A stretch of 64,000 bases of DNA from Octopus bimaculoides (lineage: Eukaryota), in contig NC_068999.1 of the NCBI RefSeq assembly GCF_001194135.2, forward strand, positions 15,380,859 through 15,444,858. Direction: 5' to 3'. The number at the start of each line of letters is the position of its first letter. The stretch's first letter is position 1. Position numbers and translations under genes: made by a program. The notes beneath the pieces are model-generated. The model did not search any database. It was not told where the DNA came from and worked only from the letters and a program-made list of their open reading frames with translations. Below are positions 50,836 to 64,000 of this stretch, piece after piece.

Positions 50836-52274
50836 GAAAATTATATATATATATATATGATAATACTTTGAATGTGTCTCCCGAGAAACAGTAAAAGTAG
50901 TTTCCCGATCAACACGACGTGTATCACTGGTAGTATATATATATATATATACTCGGTTTTTTTTTATACTTAGTCAAACCATGTCTAACTTAATAGCACC
51001 ACCTGGCGAAGTCATTCAAATCAGGAATCGGATAACATGGCTCACTCGAGGAGAGAGCTATTGTTTATGGAGACACACCCGGGTGTAGGAGTTTTATCCG
51101 GGATTTTTTTGAAGGAATTTAACCAAAAACTACTTGAACATGTTGACGGACATCACGGGGTTCAAGTCTTTGGTGTATCTTAAAGGCGATGCCAACATCA
51201 TGTGGGCAATGGTGATGGAATACTTTCCACATCATGCAGATGATGTAGCGCTCTATATATTCTTATAATATAAAAAGGATAAAATTGTTAAATGTTTTAT
51301 TAGTAGCCAGAATATAAAGACTTATATATATGATGCATTATACGCAACGGAAGCAATATGACAAAGAAATAGACGGCTCTGTATCATTCTTAATGCCGAT
51401 ATAATACGAAAATAAATTTAACTGTGTCTTTGCCCCACGACATACTTTGTTTAGAAGCAGAAAAATATATTACTTGCAGACGAAAAACGTCTCCGTTAGA
51501 CAATGAGAATGCTAGATTCACTTGTCTATACTTTGGGACTTCGACAGTAGCAAAATCTTATTGACAATCGCAGACCAAGTCCAAATTTTATTTGTCACTA
51601 AAACGCATTAACTGCTGACAAATACCGCAATTAATTTGTATTTCGTGCTATGGCTGCATTAAGTATGCTACACAGACGTCGGTTCTAATCTGATACTGCT
51701 TCAGTAGCATATAATGGATCATTATTCAGCTGGGTGCTAATTGCAACAGCAATTATTATTCAAACGGTGTTTTACTATACCAATGTCAGCGGACATTGTC
51801 TTAGCATACGAATTCTGGTGAATACGTTATACTCATGTAATTCAAAGGTATAGAAGTCCGCAGCTGGCTTTCTCACCGCCGATGCTGGACAATTTCGTGT
51901 GTTACTCATATATTTGTGATCGTAAGCACAGTAATTCAATAAAAGATGTTGTCTCCGGAAAATGTGGATAATTATTTGCTTTTCGTGTGATACTTGCATT
52001 AGTTCTTTTACAAAGATATCTATGCTCACACAACACACATAAACACATATAAGCACACGCACACACACCACCACGTACAGACACATGTATGCAAAACGTG
52101 TAGATAGGAAGATAGACAGAGATAAAGAGAGAACTAGATACATAGATAGAAAGATAAATACATACATACTAACGTGTGCGTATGCACAGATGTATAAATG
52201 CACGTATTTCTACGTATTCATCTATCTATCTATCTATCTATCTATCTATATATCTCTCTCTCTCTCTCTCCCTC

Positions 52275-52335
<61 letters not shown>

Positions 52336-52376
52336 ATATATATATATATATTGGTGTGCGTTTGTGTGTTTGCGTG

Positions 52377-52410
<34 letters not shown>

Positions 52411-52985
52411 TATATATATATAGGCATCCTACAAGGTACATACACACGTTTATAATTCTTACACATATGAATGTGTGTATATATCTATATCTATCTATCT
52501 ATCTATCTACATATATATTTATCCACACAGCTTCAGATACATATATACAGATAACCACACAAACACATCGACGTAAGTACATGTATATTAGTACTTTTCA
52601 TATGGATATTTCTGTGCGTGCGCTGCTTGCGTGTGTCTGTGCATGCGTGTCTGTGAGTGTGTTCGTGTGTATTGGACATATATCGATTTCACAATCAACA
52701 GCATCTATAATTCTTACTGCAAATTGTTGATTCAGTTCGTTGTAATTCTGATTATGAGAATATTTAATAATCATCGAATTCTAAATCACCAAAGAAAATG
52801 ATATTATCTGAAGTTAGATACATATATCTTACACATGCATGAGTTGCAAAATTATGTGGAAACAATTATACATATAGACACACACATACACACAAACACA
52901 CACACACACACATTCACACTCATACACACAATCTATAATGTGTACGTTACGTATTTATGTGTATCCTGCCCTCATTTGAAGCGCA

Positions 52986-53025
<40 letters not shown>

Positions 53026-54180
53026 ATGAATGTATGCATATGTGAGTGGCTGTATGTATGAGTTTGTGTGTGTGTGAGTTTATTGGTGTCTTGTAGTATA
53101 AGATAATTCGATTATTTCAAGCTTATTTCTCTAGAGTAGATATTGTGTGGTACGTAAGTAATACATAACTGTATTTGTATGTGCGCACGTGTGTGTTTGT
53201 GTTTGTATGTTACCGTTTTGATCAATGGTGTTGTAAAAATGAGGTCGTTATTTCCTTATTGTAGCATTTTCTTCATGCGTGTATGTGTTTTTAGGACGAT
53301 ACCTCAGGGCAGCATATTAATAAGAATATAAACGTGGTAAAATTCGAATCGATTTTTTTTTTTCATTTTTAGACGTGACAAAACATAGTTTATCACACAG
53401 AGAGAAGGCGTGTAAGCAATAATGAAGATCACTTTTGTACACCAGGGTTGAAAAGTAAGACTCTAAAATAGTTTAATTAATGCATGATGTAACGTAGCAT
53501 TTTGAGAAGAATTAGCCAAACTATTGACAGGGCAATTGATATAGCCTGTTTTCAAGGAGTGTAATTCGTGTGCATTCTTATGCAACTCGTGTATGAAAGG
53601 TTTGCTACAGTCATACATTTGCTCGAACACTTCAAGTGTAGTATGACTTTACTTCATAATGTAGAACGAATAAAGAAGACATCTCATTCAACATATTCCG
53701 GTCAGCAAAGACAGACAGAGGTTTCATGAATATATAAATAAACATGTACATATATACACATACATACACACATATATATATATACACATATATATACATA
53801 TATATATACACACACGCATATATATATGTATATATATACGTGTGTGTGTGTGTGTGTACATATATATATATATATATATANNNNNNNNNNNNNNNNNNNN
53901 NNNNNNNNNNNNNNNNNNNNNNNNNNNNNNNNNNNNNNNNNNNNNNNNNNNNNNNNNNNNNNNNNNNNNNNNNNNNNNNNNNNNNNNNNNNNNNNNNNNN
54001 NNNNNNNNNNNNNNNNNNNNNNNNNNNNNNNNNNNNNNNNNNNNNNNNNNNNNNNNNNNNNNNNNNNNNNNNNNNNNNNNNNNNNNNNNNNNNNNNNNNN
54101 NNNNNNNNNNNNNNNNNNNNNNNNNNNNNNNNNNNNNNNNNNNNNNNNNNTATATATATATATATATATATATGTATATG

Positions 54181-54817
54181 TATTGGGTCATCCCATAAAT
54201 AATGCGGGTTTTTTCCATCGCATAAACTAAAAGTCGCATGCGGACGAGATAAACTACCTGCATCAACTTGCTATAAAAGCATGTACTAGTTTACTTTGTA
54301 CTTATTCTTAGTGCATGATTTGAAGAAAGCAGTTCGATATTTTTTTTTGTTTTTTCAAGAATTTAATAGAAATGACGAAGGAACATATTCGACATATTTT
54401 GCTTTATGAGTTCAATAAAGTGAACAACGCAACGGAAAGTGCGAATAGCATTATTGCAGTATATAGGGATCGGACAACAAGCGTAAGCCAGTGTCAGCGG
54501 AGTTTCCAGAAGTTCCAAGCCGGAAACTACAGCCTAGAAGACGTGCCTCGTCCTGGAAGATTTGTGGAGCTCGACAAGGACGTCCAGCGAATCCTGGTGG
54601 AACAAAACCCCTTCGTAACTGTTTAGGAACTAGCAGGGAAGCTTGGATATGGTCGTTCAGCCTGTCATTCAAGTCAGCGCTAGGAGAAAAATGACAAATT
54701 TTGGTTTCATTACGAAAGGTGTTCATCCATCAGGATAATGATCGGCCACATACAGCGAGGATGACATTCCAAAGGTTGGAACATTACGAATGGGGAACGA
54801 TGCCCCATCCACCATAT
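54181..54817 (+). mobile_element. Mariner element, family B (Hsmar1/SETMAR-like N-terminus), internally deleted and 3'-truncated
   Basis: TA followed by TIR-like ttgggtcatcccataaataatgcggg; ORF 54372-54626 MTKEHIRHILLYEFNK..FQKFQAGNYSLEDVPRPGR; then HQDNDRPHTAR and TMPHPPY; the region with the first catalytic Asp is missing. Confidence 0.88.
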
Positions 54818-54914
54818 ACGATGTTTTATATACTTTTAGTCCTTTCTTTGTAATCTGAAATGAGTTTAATCTGCCTCCGATTGAAGTATGTTTCGTTTCC
54901 ATTGAGGCGTATAT

Positions 54915-55190
54915 ATGTGTAAGCCTATGCCATTGTTTTTAGCGTATTCATCTCACGGTTGTACGGTTATGATCTCGCCGGCGCGTTGTGTTCTTGAGCA
55001 AGACATTCTATATCATATTTTCCCAGTCGACTCAACTGGCATAAATCAGTTGTATGTCTAGTACAATAGGCGAAGCTTGAAGCCTTTTATATTCGATGTG
55101 TCGCCCTAAATCTCTTTGAGAATCATGTTAAGGACATACGTGTCTGTGAAGTGTTCAGCCACTTGCACGTTGATTTCACAAGCTGGCTTC
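54915..55190 (+). mobile_element. SINE family 3, diverged
   Basis: gcgttgtgttcttgagcaagaca, atgttaaggacatacgtgtctgtgaagtgttcagccacttgcacgttgatttcac. Confidence 0.7.
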
Positions 55191-55332
55191 TTCTCTCGCT
55201 GTGCCCGAGAGAGTGTCCTATTATAACATATGTAATATGTAATGACACATATGCGTTTGAATGAGTGTATGTAAATATGTGTGTACGTTTCTCAGTGCGT
55301 GTGCGAGTGTGTGTATGCCTGTGTATTTATTA

Positions 55333-55477
<145 letters not shown>

Positions 55478-55855
55478 TCATATGTAAGTATGTGTCCATG
55501 TGTCCGTATGTTGTTGTTGAGATTTACCCCACAACGAAACAAGCGTCCCACTTAGAATGTTTAAATTTTCGGAACTACATGGAAAGTATAAAATCTAATA
55601 AGATGATCTCTTGAGAATTATAAATCCTTCAACGCAAAATTTAAAATAATTAAGATCATATTTATTTGAGTAACAAAAGGAAGCAAGGAATAACTTTATG
55701 TACTCGAGATGTTCAAGGAAAGAGCCTGAAAGAGGAGAAACATTTCGTGCATGGGAGTTCAACATCAAAGATAAGATGAGAATTATCAGAATGACTAATT
55801 ACTCGAACTATTAATCATAAGAGAACTAAGTTTAGCTATAGATGAGTGTAGAAGC

Positions 55856-55930
55856 ATTTATATATTAGAGATTTATATATTAGAGATTTATATATTAGAG
55901 ATTTATATATTAGAGATTTATATATTAGAG
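55856..55930. repeat. Minisatellite (ATTTATATATTAGAG)x5, perfect
   Basis: Five identical 15-bp units read directly. Confidence 0.95.
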
Positions 55931-56402
55931 ATACAGAAGTAAAGACCCAACTATGACAGAAGGGTTGAAGATAAGCTGTCAAAAGAGGAATGATTGTGTG
56001 AGAAACTTGCTTTTCAATATTATCACTAAGACAAAGTACGCTAGCAGAAAATCCAGCTCTAATGTGAGATGAATGAGAGCCGTATAAAGTCGAAAACTAC
56101 ATTCGAAAGTGAGAGTGTGTGTGTATATACATGTGTGTGTGTGTCCGCGTGCGTGCATATGTGTGTGTGTGTGTCATTATGTCTTGATATGCATATGGTG
56201 TATGTTAGACTCATGTTACTTAAAATACTGTTATATTAGCTGATACTATCTTATATTACATATAAGCGAATTTGCCTATCTATACAATGGCATGTGTATG
56301 CGCAAGTAAACTATTCCACTTTATTTTATATATGTATTTCTTTTTGGCATGTATACACACACACACGCACACCCACACACATACACACACACATACACAC
56401 AC

Positions 56403-56490
<88 letters not shown>

Positions 56491-57929
56491 TTAATAGAAT
56501 ATAGATAAATAGACAGATAGATATAGATGTAGATATAGATATAAATGTATGTATGTATATATGTGTATGTAAGAATAAATATGTGTGTACGTATATACAT
56601 ACAAACATACATACATACATACATACATAAATACAAACATACATACATACATACATACATAAATACAAACATACATACATACATACATACATACATACAT
56701 ACATACATACAATGGTGTTTGTGTTTTTCAAGTTTCTTGCGAATGCGATTCAGTGTTTCACAGACAGTTACTAATACAATATTACTGTTGCTTTTGAAGT
56801 AGTGCAACTTGTCACTACTAAATGATATGCTGTTTCGAAGGTTGAGCTTTCAGGAAACTTGATCTATGCTCATTTCACTTGTTTTGATTTACTGTATCGA
56901 ACAGATATTTAAAAAGACTGTATAGGAAGACAGAAAGAGAAGACGTAGAATGAATACAAAACGATGAATTCGAATGCACAAACTGTATGAAAAATCGATG
57001 AAAACTAAAGCTATCTAGACGTTTGTTCGTAATTCGATAGGTGTAAGAAAATCGAAAATCTATATGACTATCGCGCTATAAACATGTCGAGAAAAGAAAT
57101 TGTCTTGAATACAGAATGTTGTTTCAAATTGTAAAGGATTTATGGTTTCGTTATGTGTTTCAACATCAATGAAATATACACGTCTATGTCTACATATATT
57201 GGAATACACACTCATATATACATACATACATATATAAATATATATATATATATATANNNNNNNNNNNNNNNNNNNNNNNNNNNNNNNNNNNNNNNNNNNN
57301 NNNNNNNNNNNNNNNNNNNNNNNNNNNNNNNNNNNNNNNNNNNNNNNNNNNNNNNNNNNNNNNNNNNNNNNNNNNNNNNNNNNNNNNNNNNNNNNNNNNN
57401 NNNNNNNNNNNNNNNNNNNNNNNNNNNNNNNNNNNNNNNNNNNNNNNNNNNNNNNNNNNNNNNNNNNNNNNNNNNNNNNNNNNNNNNNNNNNNNNNNNNN
57501 NNNNNNNNNNNNNNNNNNNNNNNNNNNNNNNNNNNNNNNNNNNNNNNNNNNNNNNNNNNNNNNNNNNNNNNNNNNNNNNNNNNNNNNNNNNNNNNNNNNN
57601 NNNNNNNNNNNNNNNNNNNNNNNNNNNNNNNNNNNNNNNNNNNNNNNNNNNNNNNNNNNNNNNNNNNNNNNNNNNNNNNNNNNNNNNNNNNNNNNNNNNN
57701 NNNNNNNNNNNNNNNNNNNNNNNNNNNNNNNNNNNNNNNNNNNNNNNNNNNNNNNNNNNNNNNNNNNNNNNNNNNNNNNNNNNNNNNNNNNNNNNNNNNN
57801 NNNNNNNNNNNNNNNNNNNNNNNNNNNNNNNNNNNNNNNNNNNNNNNNNNNNNNNNNNNNNNNNNNNNNNNNNNNNNNNNNNNNNNNNNNNNNNNNNNNN
57901 NNNNNNNNNNNNNNNNNNNNNNNNNNNNN

Positions 57930-57964
<35 letters not shown>

Positions 57965-58028
57965 TCTGTGTGCATTTGTGTGTTTGTGTGTGGGTGGGTG
58001 TGAGAGTGTGTGGGTGTGTATGTGTGTG

Positions 58029-58062
<34 letters not shown>

Positions 58063-58941
58063 CGTGTGTGTGCGTGCATGTATGTATTCTTAACATATAA
58101 ATGTGCTGTACGCACTTTTGCTTCTGTGTACGGTTCCCCTTTGTTAGAAGCAATATAGGACAACTGAGGAACTGCAATCTGTCCACTGCTGTCCTATTGC
58201 CTTCTGATAAACTATTTTCTTTAATAAAATGTTATTTTTTAAAATCTTTTTTTTTATTTTTACATCATTATTCAATCTTGAGGTTATCTTCTTAAGAATT
58301 TATATTACTTATTAAAGTACCCGACCAATTGTCCAGCAGGTTTTTGATCGAAGATGGTCCAAGTTTCTAAATTTTCTGGTTTTTAGATGACAGCCCAAAT
58401 ATATACTATGGGAAAGTGGAAAACTAATTTAATACATTTCTTAAACAAGACTTGTTTGATACTAATATATCCACTTAAAATTATTCAAATGTATCATTGT
58501 TCCGTTGTACATAGTATTTTATCGGATAAAAAACTCAGGAGGAAAACAGTACACTGAATATTTTCGTTCAGAGAGTCATGTAGGTAAAATCACAGACACA
58601 CAAACTTGCATAATAAATACTGTGCAATACTTCATTCACTAAGATTATCTTCCCTTGAAGTGGATAAGCCGCAAATGCCCATTGACATGAGAGTATCTCC
58701 ATATGAGAGAGGTTGACAAACCCAAAGTCAAGCAGCGTATGAAGTTAACATGCCCTCCAGTTTAAGGTTTGAAGATAAAAAGACATTCGTGGATTCATGC
58801 TTCCGCCTTCATAAACGTCATTAGCACGGTTCTACTCTTTTTGTATGTGAATGTTGTTTGGCTTCTGATTAGGACAAGTGTTGTGTAGACCTGTTGTTTA
58901 CACCACCTGTCTTCGTCTGCTGTTTTTTTTAGTAAATTCTC

Positions 58942-59005
<64 letters not shown>

Positions 59006-60878
59006 TCACAAACATACACACACACATACACTCAGGCACATACACATACATTCAGACACACACACGCACACATACGCTCACACACACACACACACACATA
59101 CACACAAGCACACACACACACGCCTACCGACGTTACTCTTACACAAAAGATTGTCGATAATTTCGATTCTTTTGGTATTCCAGACCTTATATATGTGTAT
59201 ATATAAAGGCTCACTCCCTCTCTTTCTCCCACTGCCTCTCTCTCTCTCTCACTCTCCCTCTTTCCTCTCATCTCCCCCGCTCTCTCTCCCTCTCATTCTC
59301 TTTCTTGTGGTAAGAGAAAACTAGGCGTGATGCAATTCTGTATGTGTGGCAAATAGATAAATGACTTTACGGATAGTTTGAATTGGTGGATGGAAATAAA
59401 GGGTCAGTGAACAGCTGAAGAGAAAGGGATGAAGGGAGAGGAGATGTAGACGGAGAAGAAGGAGAATTCAAAGTTCGCTGCAGCTTTGTTGTAAAGTTAT
59501 TTCATTATACACATCAAAAGCGAACATCTACATCGTCTCTAGTTAGTAGCATTCCACCGGAAAGTTGCAAAGTAGACGTGGTGTAATAGAGGGATTCGAA
59601 AACCATGAATAGTGCATTGCCGTTCTAGTTGCTATACCAAAGCGACATCACAAATTTAACTTAAACTACGCTTAACGTGTCTCCCCTGAAATAAGAAGGC
59701 TCTGAAACTGTAACGGGAGGATCAATAATAGATTAATAGAGTGTAACGAATTTATTTATTAGTTATTTATTTATTTATTTAATGTACGGACAGGAGAAGC
59801 GAGAGCTTGATATGAAAATTATTATCATTTATATATTTTCAGGATATAAATGTATAAACTAAAAATCAAAAGAAAGGAACAATATATATATATGAATATA
59901 CAGTAGAGAAAAAAATTACAGCAAGAATTATAGAATAAATTGAATCCAATTTATTCTCTATATATCTATAATGAAACAGATGTTGGCAGTAAACTGAGTA
60001 GCTTATTGACTGAAACATTCTTTCAATTTGTTAGCAGAACACACATTTGTAAACATACCTGTATGTACATGTATGCACACATACATACACGCACACACTC
60101 ATGCACGCACACACAAATACACACGCATATACACATGCATCCATATCTGTGAGTGTCTGCATTTGAATATGTATATGTGTCTCTGGGATTCTGTCCGTAT
60201 GTCTATGTGTATGTGGAATAGCTTTTCTGATAGAAAGCCAGATGTAAAAGTTGATAAAGAGCGATAAGTATTTATATCCTTATCTTTCAATACTTAGTAT
60301 ATGTTCATTATATTTATGAAACACGGTTTTCGCCCATAAAAACAATAAATGATTTACAAGCAAAACGAGATTTCCCTCCTGAAACGTTATATACGTTCGC
60401 GTTCATTTTCTCTCCCTCCACCCTTTTTTTTTTTTTTCCTTTAATTCTGCTCTACTTGAACAAGAATAATGTTATATCTGCCGGCATTGGAACGATAAAT
60501 ATAACTGTTATAATATTTCATTATCTTCATGGAAAATACGACGGAAACATTAGTTGGGGGAAATAGAAATTATTTTCATTTAAAAAGTTATTGTTAAATA
60601 TATGAGAACGAAAGTATAATAAAATATATTATTATGCATTATAAAACGTAATTTTTCAGGAATATTGAAAGCAATATTCAAAATGGAAAACAAATCAACA
60701 ACATGCTAATATAGAAATTTGTATTGCTATAATGATTCTTATTTATGTACTACAATATGTTCAGAGAAAAACAAATGCTGCAAACAGTGCAAGTTATAAT
60801 TAGGTAAAAAAAAAATAGTGGAAAAATCAATATTGTAATAAAAATGATTTAGTAATATTTTAGAAACTTGTGTCATTA

Positions 60879-60929
<51 letters not shown>

Positions 60930-63349
60930 GTGCTTGTGTGAGAGAGAGTGAAAGAGAGGGAGTCAATATTTGAGTATGAATATATACATATATATATATA
61001 TATATATATCCTGACAAAGACACACACGCAAACACACACACACACACAAGTATATGCGTATATGTAACGACATACTATGATATCGTCATATCATAGCAGA
61101 AAATTACATGTTGCCAACAATCATCTCTAAAATTGAAAGAGTTACACACATGCTACGGATTATATAAAATCGAATAAATAAGACGAATTGACGTTTATTG
61201 TTATTGAATGATACCCCATGTTTCACATCGAATACATCAGATAATTATTAACATAACCATAACTACCTCGGGATTTGTCGTTGTTAATTATACCATGGCG
61301 ATACCTAAAGCGTATGTTAATAAACGGGGGAGATGTTCCAGCAATTGTATATTTTCACTCCATCGAATAAATTTCAGATTATTTATGTTCTCCAACAATG
61401 GAACTAAATAATGAGGCTATTTCATATATTTGTTTATAAACCATATCGTAATATTCCATCACTTAACATTGTCACGAGAGTTACCAAGAATTTGACACGC
61501 TCTGTCAAGATTTTTCGCCTGAATTGAGCCATTTTGAAAACAAAAAATGGAGAACTGAAATATTCAAGCGCTCTGCAAAGTATATATTTCTAGCTATGTG
61601 ATTCATCGGTACGTTAACAAGAACTATAACTATATATGTTACTTCGAAATATACAGCTGTTCGCGATAAAAGCTATAGTGTTATAAGTATACAAAAAATC
61701 GAATCAAGATTCCTGAAATTTTCTAGTTTATTTTTATTTCGCTTATATAAAATTATATCAATGCCAAATTGCTTGTACTAACTGACATAGTTATGCTTTT
61801 GACTACAATGTTTTCAATGAAACTTATAGTGGTGATAAATAACAAGCAAATACATAACAAAAATTAAAGCTGTGTGTAGTTTAGAATAAATATGCTGGAG
61901 TACTTATTCTCAATATACATAATGATATTATCCAGGGCATGCAAACATATTTCCTTTTACCATTATTTTTATTTCTTTCTTGTCGCTAAGTACACCCGTA
62001 ATCAGCATTGCGTTTTGAAATGAGAAATTAGACAGCATTCAAAAGTGTGTGTTCAGAAATCCATTCATATGTCACAATATACTCGTTAGTTCCTAATGAC
62101 ATTAGGAATATTTTCTTCTGACGAGATGTATGCCATGCATAATTTCCATAAGACATATTGAACATTATTTCTGTTGTGTACATTTATGTGTGTGCATCAT
62201 TGTAGCAATATATCTGTCCTTGTGTATGCAGTTTATTTCGTAACAAGTGACTAACTCTTAATTTAATAATTCACGTAGAAACAACCGCCGCAATGTTTAA
62301 TGGTCTCCTAAATCAGTTATAAATTCAGCACAAATACATAGAAATACAAGTAAATAACAGCGGAAACTTGTAGTCCAACATTATGTGTATATTGTAGTAA
62401 TGCTAAAATGAAAGTTTTAGGAATATTGTATTAAGATTATACACATTTCTTCAACTATTATTTATGTAAATAACTCCACATTTTGGGTCGCAGACAGCTA
62501 TCATATTATGAAGCTGAACTAAGTAAAAGTATTAAATGTTAAATTCTTCCCCGATAAATCTTGATGGTGCAAATGTATAACAATGACAATCCAGCCATGA
62601 CCATTCCGATTGCGATCGCAGGGGCAATAATATATCATCAACAATTCAACAATAATAGTACATAATTTAAATCTCCTTTTTAAGATATTAAGGTGCTATA
62701 TAATAGAAATGTATTTTTACTTCTAGGAGATGAGTCAAGCAGTTAGTGCCAATTTTTCGGGAATTGAATTGCTTAAATGATGCTAAACCTTATAATAGTG
62801 CCGTATTGTATAAAAATCTAGAACCTTGTAGCTTCATTAACCGTACTCCTAATGAAGTGTAATAAAGGACGATTGTACAAACTATCTTCATTATCAAGTA
62901 AACACGTCATTGTAAACCACTTTTAAGACAGTGAATCATTAAATAGTTTTTTGGACATCTGATAACTTTGCAACAAATGCTTCAAAAATTGTTGTGTAAA
63001 GACTTCCTTCCATTAGTAATGCCAACATTATTCTAGTTCCAATAAGCATTGGATTAAAGAAAACAGGAATTAATAATGAAAGTGTTCCGCATTCTGCAAC
63101 ATCATTAACTAACACAAAGTGACTCAGCGAGCAAACCTATGTGAGAGTCTACGGAACTTAACTGATGTTTGTCAGAAGTTATTTCGAGGAAGTAGTCATA
63201 AAAAGAATTCAATTGACGCTATGGTGTATCAGGAAGAAATATTTCAATATCAAATCTAACACCACAACGATTTCACCAAAACAGCAACAAAAAAAGATGA
63301 TCCCTAATATTGTCGCTGAATGATTAATGTCATTTGTGGATTAGTAGTG

Positions 63350-63560
63350 ATTGTTTGTGTGATAGGACTTTAGGTGTTGCATTTAAGATCGCAAGATCGT
63401 GGCTTCGAATCCTAAAAAGGGTGATGCTTTATGTTCTTGAGCAACATTCTTAATTTGCTCCAGATCACTCGACTGTAGATGAGTCACTCTGAAACTGTCT
63501 AGCATCATTTTCAGGAGGAATGGTGTGTTCTCAGTCACGTCTACACCGTGAGGACAGGGT
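63350..63560 (+). mobile_element. Old SINE related to family 3
   Basis: agatcgtggcttcgaatcc B-box-like, tgttcttgagcaaca..ttgctccagatcactc. Confidence 0.45.
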
Positions 63561-64000
63561 ATTAGGATCTATGAGTCCGAGGATTCGAGAGACATATCCA
63601 GGAATCTGTGAAGATGATAACGACGACGATGACGATGACGATGACGATGAAGAAGATGATGATTATGAGAATAAAGATAATGTTGCTGCGGTTGAATAAT
63701 GGCTCCAGATTTACAGTTGAGAACATTATGTTACATGTTACCAACAACATTGACCTTACAGACTCAGCAAAGAAGTGGATACAGTTGTAACCAGAACTGC
63801 ACACATAAACAGACTCGAATTTCCAGATCACCAAAAAAAAAAAGAAAAAAAAAAGAAGTCCAATAAATTACAAGAGCCATTATTGATAGTTACGGAAATT
63901 CATTGCTAATTGTTAATTCTATGAAGCATTCTCAAGGTTTCACAGCAACCCATAATGTCGTTGTTAGTGAAAACAAAAATATAATACGCTGATTTTTACT

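Noticed and set aside
51000-51270. Complex-looking segment with TKDLNP on the minus strand (cf. Tc1/mariner SPDLNP)
   Set aside because: Single short motif with no supporting DDE context.
51775-52203. 142-aa minus-strand ORF
   Set aside because: The first half is microsatellite-derived; the remainder has no motif.
55856-55930. Regular direct repeats as a possible CRISPR array
   Set aside because: Units are contiguous without spacers, the context is eukaryotic and there are no cas genes.

Overview
AT-rich eukaryotic genomic DNA from a gapped draft assembly (11 N-runs, most bordered by (TA)n arrays). By recollection the SINE/LINE families resemble octopus (coleoid cephalopod) repeats; this is inference, not a database result. 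Most of the window is microsatellite, tRNA-derived SINEs of three families, and decayed transposons: two Tx1-clade LINEs, three R4/Dong-type REL-endonuclease LINE fragments, an RTE LINE, a Gypsy pol remnant, two mariner copies and a Tc1/mariner MITE. Most entries in the supplied ORF track are artefacts of gaps or simple repeats. I found no rRNA, tRNA gene, CRISPR array or prokaryote-like operon, and no new biological system that I can firmly support. The best leads are: (1) small plus-strand exons (9352-9441, 11504-11534, 26125-26247) that may encode the C-terminal end of a TIM-barrel hydrolase resembling bacterial-type PI-PLC X-domain proteins; (2) an unexplained 183-codon ORF with a Cys-containing candidate exon on the opposite strand; (3) recurrent fold-back/inverted junctions at transposon breakpoints. 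All gene models are hypotheses from splice signals and remembered motifs.
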